A stretch of DNA of 64,000 nucleotides from an uncultured Flavobacteriales bacterium. Lineage in GTDB: Bacteria > Bacteroidota > Bacteroidia > Flavobacteriales > CAJXXR01. The stretch covers positions 70,051 to 134,050 of the forward strand of contig CAJXXR010000003.1 of assembly GCA_913063375.1 (NCBI GenBank), in the 5' to 3' direction. This document shows positions 56,385 to 64,000 of the stretch, piece by piece (the first letter of the stretch is position 1; every line of letters begins with the position of its first letter). The notes below the pieces were generated by a model. That model was not told the DNA's origin and ran no database searches. It saw only the letters and a program-made list of their open reading frames with translations. The position numbers were made by a program, and so were the translations under genes.

Positions 56385-57185
56385 ATGAATAAACTTTTAA
56401 TTCAAATACTATTAACCCTTATAATGACGAATCCAATTTTAGGACAGAAAATTGACTGCTCAAAATATTATGCTGACTATTTTGAAAGTAAGAATTCTGA
56501 CTCGGTTCAATTACCTAATTATACAGCTGGGTACGTTTTATTTGAGTCTAAAAAAGATTCAATAAGGCAGTCAATATCTGGCTGTATAAGTGATTTTGAC
56601 GAATTTTGCGCTGGAGTAGAAGAGGCTTTAGAATCGGAAAGTCTTTCTATTAGACAGGTCGGTGATCCCTGGCATGTTAGTGCTTGCTCTTACTACTCCT
56701 ATGAGAATTATGGTGTTAATTTAGTTATGACTGGGGATATAATATACGATGAAGGAATTTTTGATAAAAATGCAGGCTTTAATTTCATAATGCGACAACG
56801 TATTATAGATCGTCTTGGAATACATGTTTATCATTCATTAGGTGAAACAGATTCTAGTTGGATTGAAATCGATGAAATACTGTTAAATGACTTAATTGAA
56901 ACCTTTAATGTCGTATCCAAATCAGATTCAACGATCTATTTGAAAATTGATAATCGCTTATTAAGCAATACAGAATTTAATAATCTCAATGGTGTAATCT
57001 TCAAAGATGCTATGACTAAAAAGAGTTATTCTTACCAAGAAGCTTTAGAGGGAATTAAGATTAATTGTTTGGGGGATTCTAAAAGAGGTTTTTTGAGCCT
57101 TGATTTCAGTGAATACTTAAACCCTAAATTTTGTACAAGTACGTTTGGATCAGTTTGGACTATTCCTATTAAATTAAATGAATAA
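56385..57185 (+). CDS. hypothetical secreted protein
   Basis: The 266-aa ORF has a signal peptide. I recognised no family. Confidence 0.55.
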   Translation: MNKLLIQILLTLIMTNPILGQKIDCSKYYADYFESKNSDSVQLPNYTAGYVLFESKKDSIRQSISGCISDFDEFCAGVEEALESESLSIRQVGDPWHVSACSYYSYENYGVNLVMTGDIIYDEGIFDKNAGFNFIMRQRIIDRLGIHVYHSLGETDSSWIEIDEILLNDLIETFNVVSKSDSTIYLKIDNRLLSNTEFNNLNGVIFKDAMTKKSYSYQEALEGIKINCLGDSKRGFLSLDFSEYLNPKFCTSTFGSVWTIPIKLNE

Positions 57186-57225
57186 GAACATAAAACGAAA
57201 AGATTGATCACTTCAATTGTAAAAC

Positions 57226-57257
57226 AAAAAAGACTTACTAGGAATAGGTAAGTCTTT
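57226..57257. terminator. bidirectional terminator hairpin of the AAGACTTA/TAAGTCTT family
   Basis: The sequence AAAAAAGACTTAC-N9-GTAAGTCTTT abuts the REP-like element. Confidence 0.7.
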
Positions 57258-57296
57258 GTTCCCATCAGAGTCACTCAAAGAGGACTCTGATGTATT
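57255..57296. repeat. REP-like hairpin element with conserved flanks
   Basis: These 42 nt are identical to 49800..49841. The hairpin core lies at 57263..57292. Confidence 0.85.
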
Positions 57297-57453
57297 TATT
57301 GCCATCCGTCGACCTTATACCGTGAAAGGATTTTTTCAAGAACGTCGTGTTTAGTAGTCTTGAAAATATGTAATGTTTTATTCGTTTTAAGGTGTTGAAT
57401 TCTAATGAATTAACGATAAGTTATCTCCATATTCTTAAGTGAACAAGTACCTT

Positions 57454-58077
57454 TTATAATTGAAACCCAAGCCCTAAAGTTATATTAAGAGCTTTAATAT
57501 CGTAATCAATGTGATGTTCCCCATTCTTTTCTAGAGTTGCGTTTGTGTTGAAAAAAGAAGAATTGAACATTGTATCTATACGCTTTGTTACATGTAGACG
57601 TATTCCTAATCCTGCTGAATAGGCAAATGCCTTACCTTCTAATTCTGGTACAATTGAATCGCCAAAACTATGAAGTCCAGATACACCTAAACTCCCTCGT
57701 TTGGATGTAGCATAACCGAATTGTAGTTTAAAATCAAAATTGAAATTTCCTTTAGGTATAGTTGCAATACCTCCAATTAAATATCCGGTTGAAGAATAAT
57801 ACCATTCCTTGTGATTTGTATAATGATCAAGTTCCCAGTCATTTGAAAATAGAGTAGCAGAAATACCGAAAGTTTCATTGATGAAATAGGCTCCATCGAT
57901 AGTATAGTTAATTCCTAAGTCAGCATATTTGCCTTCCTCATTAGAATGATCTTTTGATGCAAAGTCTCCTGTTGGTATACTTTTTCCAATAGAAAATCCA
58001 ATTAATCCCTTGTGCTCAATTTGTGCATAGCTCAACGAGCTAATCAATAGCCCTGCTATAAGAAGTATTTTTTTCAT
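57454..58077 (-). CDS. small outer-membrane beta-barrel protein (paralog of 18067..18702)
   Basis: It has a signal peptide ending in SYAQ and shares blocks with 18067..18702. Confidence 0.75.
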   Translation of the reverse strand: MKKILLIAGLLISSLSYAQIEHKGLIGFSIGKSIPTGDFASKDHSNEEGKYADLGINYTIDGAYFINETFGISATLFSNDWELDHYTNHKEWYYSSTGYLIGGIATIPKGNFNFDFKLQFGYATSKRGSLGVSGLHSFGDSIVPELEGKAFAYSAGLGIRLHVTKRIDTMFNSSFFNTNATLEKNGEHHIDYDIKALNITLGLGFQL

Positions 58078-58499
58078 TGTATATAAATATTTAATTAATA
58101 AAGTCTAAGATATAAAATTAAATGAATATCAATTCAGTTATGGTTACTTGGATACCTTCTTCTGCAATGTGTGACAATAAATTTAATATGCTGATTCCTG
58201 TTGATGTTATGCCATTCTCCAAATCGAGGACTAATGAAGATGAAAAGCCTATAAATTACCATCACTTAGGTTTTGTAAATTCTCAGACCTAAAATGTCTA
58301 AAGCTTTTCCAAAGAGGAGATGGGGATTTACAGTTTAGGATTAGTGCTTCATGGTAGCGAGAATTTCGTTACAATAACAACATTTTTTTAGTTTTCACTA
58401 TCGCCACTAAGGAAAGTCACTAATGTATTAATATTGACTAGCGGAAAAATTCGAAATGTTTTTCATATGAATTTCAGGGAGGTACTGATTGCTAATAAT

Positions 58500-60764
58500 T
58501 CAGCTATTAATATTTCTTAATTTTGCTCTTGTTAGTATTACTTTAGAGTGCACATCAGTGAATTTGTTAAGATAAATATCAAGGGCTTTTTGATAATATT
58601 CCCTTGCTGTACCTTTCTTTTTTTGCATTAAAGCTAAATCACCATAGGCAAAATATACATCACCAAATATATCATGATTGGGCTCAAAGAAGTTCTTATT
58701 TACCTTCATTGATTTTGCCAGCATTTGTTCCGCTTCATCACCTCTTTTTTCCTCAATTCTAAGATGGCTATAATTAAGATATACCATAGCAGTAAGGGGA
58801 TTGTTTTCAGTAAAAATTTCTTTATGTAAATCCAATGATTGAATAAATAATGAATCTGCAATTTCAAACTCTTTTTTTGCTGAATGTATAAGTCCTAGTC
58901 CGTTCAATGCAATTGCATTAGAGGCGCTTTTTTGAAGTCCATAATTATGGTTGATTTCAATTACTTTATGGTATAGTGATTCAGATTTAGGGAGTAGTCC
59001 TAAGTTATAATGAACATGAGCGGATTGATTCAAATAGTTCGTATTTCCTGGTGAGAATAGTTCTGAATAATTTGAAGCGATAGCCAAAGATTGGTCTGAA
59101 TGAATTTTCGCATCATTAAATTTAGATAGTGTTATGTCTAGTTCAGATAATCCAGAAAGTACTTCTGGAAGATATTCATTCTTATCTCCAAGTTCATTTA
59201 TATAGGTGCCAATTGATTTTGTGTATCCTATTAATGATGTTCTATAGTTTCCTTCTATTTTATTTAGATGTGCTAAAACTTTTGAATAGTTGGCATATCT
59301 GACACTGTTTATGCCAAAGTTGGTTTCGGTAATTTCAGTACCAATATTTAAACTTCTTTTGGCATTATCGTATTCTGCTAGCGCTATATTTGCATACGTT
59401 AAAACAAGGTAGTTTTCTGCAATTGTTTGATCGGATGGTTCTAAAAATTTATTGAAACAGTCCAGGCATTCTTTCATTATTACCTTTGATTTTGAGTACT
59501 TATCTATTCTGTAAAGGTAGATTCCATGGTATAGATTGATATAACAATATTCTTTTTTATCGCTTTCAACTAGCTGTAAGGCTTCTTTAATATAGATTTT
59601 CGCCTGATTTAGACTATCTGTATGTAGATGGTTTTTTACTATATAACCTAAATTTTGAATTAGGCTTATTTTATCTTCTGGATTGGTAGTGTCCTTTTTT
59701 AGAATTGATATTGTTTTGTTGTGAAGAAAGTTTGAAGATGTAAATTCATTTTGTTCCGCAGCTGAAATTGCTAAGTCAGATATGAAATTTGCAAGTACTG
59801 CATCTGCAGTATCTTTAATTTGAATGTATTTTTGTACGGCATCTAAAAGGAATGAATCTGCAAGGGTATAATTTTTAATAGATTGATAACTACGACCAAT
59901 TGTATTTGAAGAGTGGGCTTTTTCAATTTCCCAATTTTCAAATTGATGTTCCGTACAATTTAGTATTGAATCGCTAATTAAATAGTAATCAATCGCTGTA
60001 GGTAAATTATTGTTTGAATAGAAATCATCACCTTTGCATCTATATGCTTTATATAGTGCACTGTAGGTTCCACAAATGTTTTTAAGTTCTTTCTTAACTA
60101 AATCGTCGTAGTAAATATTGCTTGAAGAGTTCGTATCGAAAATACCTTGTTGTTCCAATCGTAGCTTGATACATTTTCTTCCAGCTTGAACTGATTTCTT
60201 GCCATATTCTATTGCTTCATCACAATTACCTTTCTTTAATTCAATTTCAACACTATTCAAATTAATGGACATTTTAATATAAGAAGAATGAAGTTCATCA
60301 TTCATATTTAGCGCTAATAGCACATGTTGTTTTGGATTATAAGTATGTGGGATATAAGCGAAAAAGCCAACAACTAGCATAATTAATGTTGATCTTAAGA
60401 ATACTCCTTTTGTTTCATCTATTACCTTTTTTGAATTTCTATTTGTCATATAATATATCCCTAGTCCGATGAAAAGAAGAACATTTGGAAGGGTAGAAGT
60501 TAATAAATCAGAACTTTGATTTAATAAAATGAATTGAGGTAATGTATATAGAGACATTCCAAGAACAATACCAGCTGTGATAGGTAAAAACTTCTTTTCA
60601 TTAAGCTTTTTATTGAATAACCAGTATCCTCCAATTATATAGGAAATGGACAGAAGTGTTATTAGGGAATGAAATATTAATTCAACACCAAAAGAGTAGG
60701 GGATTAGTGAAATTGCAAATAAAAGGATAACTGGATACAAAAGAATTTTTTCAAATAATTTCAT
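58500..60764 (-). CDS. membrane-anchored TPR-repeat protein
   Basis: The 754-aa ORF has about 5 N-terminal TM helices followed by many TPR-like helical repeats. Confidence 0.65.
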   Translation of the reverse strand: MKLFEKILLYPVILLFAISLIPYSFGVELIFHSLITLLSISYIIGGYWLFNKKLNEKKFLPITAGIVLGMSLYTLPQFILLNQSSDLLTSTLPNVLLFIGLGIYYMTNRNSKKVIDETKGVFLRSTLIMLVVGFFAYIPHTYNPKQHVLLALNMNDELHSSYIKMSINLNSVEIELKKGNCDEAIEYGKKSVQAGRKCIKLRLEQQGIFDTNSSSNIYYDDLVKKELKNICGTYSALYKAYRCKGDDFYSNNNLPTAIDYYLISDSILNCTEHQFENWEIEKAHSSNTIGRSYQSIKNYTLADSFLLDAVQKYIQIKDTADAVLANFISDLAISAAEQNEFTSSNFLHNKTISILKKDTTNPEDKISLIQNLGYIVKNHLHTDSLNQAKIYIKEALQLVESDKKEYCYINLYHGIYLYRIDKYSKSKVIMKECLDCFNKFLEPSDQTIAENYLVLTYANIALAEYDNAKRSLNIGTEITETNFGINSVRYANYSKVLAHLNKIEGNYRTSLIGYTKSIGTYINELGDKNEYLPEVLSGLSELDITLSKFNDAKIHSDQSLAIASNYSELFSPGNTNYLNQSAHVHYNLGLLPKSESLYHKVIEINHNYGLQKSASNAIALNGLGLIHSAKKEFEIADSLFIQSLDLHKEIFTENNPLTAMVYLNYSHLRIEEKRGDEAEQMLAKSMKVNKNFFEPNHDIFGDVYFAYGDLALMQKKKGTAREYYQKALDIYLNKFTDVHSKVILTRAKLRNINS

Positions 60765-61024
60765 TTGTGAATTTTCAGTCTTGTTAATATTGGAACTACC
60801 TAAAGAACTTTATTGTTATAGGTTGGATTAATTCCAAATTTAATTATTCAAATGGAATTGCTGTAACGTTCTACTTATGATTACTACGGATAAGGACTTT
60901 TTTGATGAAATAGTATAGAAATTTTCCTTTTAGTGAATGACCTATATGATGTACTTACAAAATTTTGATTCATTCAAAGTGCAACAAAATAGAAATATAT
61001 TGATCTTTAATAGAAAGACAGGAT

Positions 61025-61888
61025 ATGAACAAGACATTTTTATTATCAGTTTTTACGATTATATTCTTTGCAAATATATGTGCAAAGGAATCCCCAGATA
61101 CGACTATTATAAAACACAATAACAACAGTTATTTCTTTGTGTCAAATGGAAATAATGAAAGCTTGATTATTTTTCTTCACGGAGGTCTATCGAATCCATA
61201 CTTTATTAATAATCCTGAAAATATAGCGCTAGATTACCTGTTAGAAGGGAGCAAAGTTTTCATTCAATCAACTATTGAAAATAAATTTGACGTATTAATC
61301 CCGATTACAAACGACAGCTTAAATTGGGTTGGGAATAGTGCGTTTTGCTATCGTTCAATTACAGATGTTATGGCGTCAACAAAAAAGGAATACAAAGAAA
61401 TTTATATATCAGGTTTTTCCGATGGAGGAACAGGGAGCTATAAGTTATTTTATGAGAATCAGAATTTCTTTGATGGCCTAATTGTATTTAACGGCTATCC
61501 TCAACTAGATAATTTTAATAATGAAGTTAACTATTCCACTGTAATAGATAAACCGGTTATTTATTTTGGCACCAAAGCGGATAAAACCATTCCTTATGAA
61601 TTTATGCTAACAGAATACATTGAGCAAAAACAATACAACCCCAATACGTATATTTATTTAGCGAATGGAGGACATAGCTTTAGTTATTATAATTTGAATG
61701 ATTTCAATACGCTATTTGATATTCTAAAAGGATCATCTTATAACTTGAAAACAGAACCTATACACGGTTTTGTGAAAAATGATCAGTTGGTTTATTTTTA
61801 TAAATTTCGAAAGTCCATAATGAGAAAATATAGCTATGGAAAAGAGTATTATACCTTGAATAAAAAGCAAATGGGAATGTACAAATAA
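61025..61888 (+). CDS. secreted alpha/beta-hydrolase-like protein (putative esterase)
   Basis: It has a signal peptide, IIFLHGG, and the nucleophile-elbow-like GFSDGG. A late GGHSF block is also present. Confidence 0.55.
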   Translation: MNKTFLLSVFTIIFFANICAKESPDTTIIKHNNNSYFFVSNGNNESLIIFLHGGLSNPYFINNPENIALDYLLEGSKVFIQSTIENKFDVLIPITNDSLNWVGNSAFCYRSITDVMASTKKEYKEIYISGFSDGGTGSYKLFYENQNFFDGLIVFNGYPQLDNFNNEVNYSTVIDKPVIYFGTKADKTIPYEFMLTEYIEQKQYNPNTYIYLANGGHSFSYYNLNDFNTLFDILKGSSYNLKTEPIHGFVKNDQLVYFYKFRKSIMRKYSYGKEYYTLNKKQMGMYK

Positions 61889-61939
61889 GGAAAGTATAGT
61901 GAACAAGGACATAACACTTAAACTGATTATATTAAATTG

Positions 61940-61967
61940 AAAAAAAGCCACTCTAGACGGAGTGGCT
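61940..61967 (-). terminator. rho-independent terminator of 62045..62428
   Basis: An AGCCACTC / GAGTGGCT stem has its T-run on the minus strand. Confidence 0.6.
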
Positions 61968-62044
61968 TCTAATGTCCTTATTAGATTGTCTACCCTATTA
62001 AGATCGAAACCTAGCTCTGAATCTTGATTTAGTATTTATGCTGA

Positions 62045-62428
62045 TTAAAGATCTTTAATTGTAAAAGACCTAAATCCAGTTCTATTTTTTCCATTTTGTG
62101 TATTCATATAGACAAATTTTAACATATTGAATTGGTTGAAATTCAATATGTTATTTTTTGTTACATTAATGCTTTGATTGAATAGCTGATCAAGTTCAGG
62201 TTCAGATATTTTTTTATTATGAACTATCATGATGGAAATATCTGTATTTAAATTTCTATCAAAATTGTTTACTGTAGTTAATACGCTTACTTGTTTAGAA
62301 TCCAATGACTGGTTTAGTTGGGTAGTTAGGGTTGATTGATCTTGTTTAAATTGTATTTTAACTAATTCTGGAGAGCAATTAATAGCGGTTGCGATTATTA
62401 GAAAAAAGATGATTATTCTTAAATTCAT
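62045..62428 (-). CDS. hypothetical small secreted protein/lipoprotein
   Basis: The 127-aa ORF has the leader ..IATAINCSPE. Confidence 0.55.
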   Translation of the reverse strand: MNLRIIIFFLIIATAINCSPELVKIQFKQDQSTLTTQLNQSLDSKQVSVLTTVNNFDRNLNTDISIMIVHNKKISEPELDQLFNQSINVTKNNILNFNQFNMLKFVYMNTQNGKNRTGFRSFTIKDL

Positions 62429-62827
62429 TTTTGGATAGTGTTTTTATTTTCAGAGGCAATTTAATAAAATTTATTGGCTATAAAACAAAAAGGATTTTAA
62501 TGAATCATATTAGTCTTTTTGTGATTACGAAAGAGGCGAACCTATGACTGAATGATTAGAAGGAAGAAAACATTTGAGTGTATTCTAATGTTATTTAGAT
62601 TGGTATATTTTTATTCTGAAGAATAGGTAAGTATTTGGAAATCTTGATAAACTGTTCTTTATAGGAGATGGATATCCTTTTTTTGAGAAATTCTGACAAA
62701 AATTTAATAATTTACAGTCCAATTTAACCAGAGGTTATACAGATACTTTGTTTCTGGTTTATTCAAAGGTTGGTGTGGATATAAAGACATGTTTAATCTA
62801 CGCTTATATAAGTTACCTACTATCAGA

Positions 62828-64000
62828 ATGAATGAAACCCAAGAAATAAGAAAACGATTTTTACATGCTGTAAAACTAGGGACTGGTGGCTCATACCTAC
62901 TGATGAAAGAATATCCTAGGATGGACTTTTCAAAAGAAATAATTAAAGGTGCAGTCAACAACTTCGCATATGATTCACAATCCGAAGGAAGTCGTTCAAA
63001 ATACATTTATCGACTTATTAAAAAGTCCAATAACAAAGAAGAAATCAATAGGAAACTATTGGATGTAATAGTTGATACCAAAGAAGATTATTGGGGGCTC
63101 TATCAATTATTTGATTTGGCAGTTCTAATACACAAAGATGGAAACCTAAAAGCACTTGAGTCGATCATTGCGAGATTTGAAAAAAATAGGCTTGAAGAAT
63201 ACGACTTTTGTGGTCAGGAACAATTGATGGAAATTGGCGGAATTGAAGAACTGTTAATAGTGGCTGAAACTATTGGTGAGATTCTATATACTGATAAAGA
63301 CGCCAATGAGGATAGTTGGACCGTTGACGAATTCCAGAAAAGGAACAAATCAATTGATGTAAATGATATACTTAAAAAGAAGGGAAAGGATAATAAATTT
63401 ATCAAAGCATATTACGACTCCATTATTAAAAATAAGTGCAAACCATACCGAAAAATAAAACCAATCAAGTATAGCTATGAACTAATTAAGGATAAAATTC
63501 AAGCTAACAAATTTAGATTCATTTCTACTGAAAGAGCTAATGACCTAAGTCATGATGAAGTATTAAAACTTGCATATGATTTTCTAAATGCTAAGATCAA
63601 TAACAAAAAGGAAAACTACCTAAAATTCTTCGCTAAAAGAAGTTTTCCATTAGACCGAAAGGTTTTACTTAAAATTGCTCAAAGTAAAAATCCAAGAAAA
63701 ACAAGACTTGTTGAATTCGCCGTTGAATCTTTATCTTTTTTCAAGGACACCGAAATTCGAGCATTAGGAATTCAAAAGATTAAGGAAATAAAAAATCCTT
63801 GTGTCTATTTACCTCTTTTAGTAAGTAACTATCAAAAAGGGGATTCTAAGTTGTTAAAAGACCTAATTGATAGGTCAAATAATTTTGACTATATACACGC
63901 TTTAATTTATGGTATTTTAGATATATACAGCGCTAATAAAACTAAAGAATGTAAGGAGCCATTAGAGGCTATGTACGATAAAATGAATTGTGGAATACAT
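62828..64000 (+). CDS. hypothetical protein (3' end outside window; absent from the ORF track)
   Basis: Translation from ATG 62828 (MNETQEIRKRFLHAVKLGTGGSYLLMKEYP...) stays open for 391 codons to the window edge. Track ORFs 62704..63006(-) and 63214..63405(-) lie antisense within it. Confidence 0.7.
   Translation, partial: MNETQEIRKRFLHAVKLGTGGSYLLMKEYPRMDFSKEIIKGAVNNFAYDSQSEGSRSKYIYRLIKKSNNKEEINRKLLDVIVDTKEDYWGLYQLFDLAVLIHKDGNLKALESIIARFEKNRLEEYDFCGQEQLMEIGGIEELLIVAETIGEILYTDKDANEDSWTVDEFQKRNKSIDVNDILKKKGKDNKFIKAYYDSIIKNKCKPYRKIKPIKYSYELIKDKIQANKFRFISTERANDLSHDEVLKLAYDFLNAKINNKKENYLKFFAKRSFPLDRKVLLKIAQSKNPRKTRLVEFAVESLSFFKDTEIRALGIQKIKEIKNPCVYLPLLVSNYQKGDSKLLKDLIDRSNNFDYIHALIYGILDIYSANKTKECKEPLEAMYDKMNCGIH

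Noticed and set aside
60937-61122. A 61-aa plus-strand ORF overlaps the start of 61025..61888.
   Set aside because: It is in a different frame from the signal-peptide-bearing hydrolase ORF. It has a Tyr/Asn/Ile-rich chance composition.
62704-63405. Two minus-strand ORFs are listed here: 62704..63006 and 63214..63405.
   Set aside because: Both lie antisense to the 391-codon open frame that starts at 62828 and runs off the window.
1-64000. I looked for a CRISPR array, rRNA genes, IS elements, transposases, integrases and prophage structural genes.
   Set aside because: No regularly spaced direct repeats are present. No rRNA-like conserved stretches are present. No ORF carries DDE, tyrosine or serine recombinase motifs or phage hallmark motifs that I could recognise.

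Overview
This is a low-GC, gene-dense chromosomal segment that looks like Bacteroidota (Flavobacteriia/Cytophagia-like). Supporting signs are four secreted proteins with type IX secretion (T9SS) C-terminal sorting domains, a fused FeoA-FeoB, membrane-anchored AraC regulators and many SusE-less lipoproteins. I count about 50 plausible protein genes. I found no rRNA, no intact tRNA, no CRISPR array, and no recognisable transposase, integrase or phage genes. Recognisable housekeeping or stress content includes a TIGR01212-type radical SAM gene (5' partial) and feoAB plus a small Cys-rich companion ORF that is missing from the ORF track. There is also an Rrf2/NsrR-like regulator with a membrane protein, a cupin and a quinol-type NO reductase, as well as a histidine kinase/response regulator pair and an MFS transporter. 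A regulator-rich block of small detoxification-type enzymes spans 24.9-32.5 kb. The most unusual part is 6.0-17.9 kb. It starts with a 1.1-kb gene desert, followed by a same-strand trio: an FAD amino-acid/amine oxidase, a lipoxygenase-family protein and a ThDP 2-keto-acid decarboxylase. In the lipoxygenase-family protein the first metal-ligand His appears to be replaced by Trp. Immediately downstream are two insertions, each bracketed by long direct repeats. The first repeat is 163 nt and copies the decarboxylase 3' end; all 6 differences between the copies are synonymous or stop-to-stop. It encloses a gene for a 372-aa protein with a Gly/Ala-rich transmembrane hairpin. The second repeat is about 165-175 nt of non-coding sequence. 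It encloses a very AT-rich gene carrying an RNxxxH (HEPN-like) motif and a PhnB/VOC gene. A 12-mer (GTTGGCAGTAAT) marks the cassette edges. Two families of small palindromic repeats recur in intergenic regions across the window. One is a REP-like hairpin with a compensatory stem change; the other is a set of terminator hairpins sharing nearly the same stem. All functional calls come from motif recognition by eye. No database search or computation was possible, and percent identities are hand counts.
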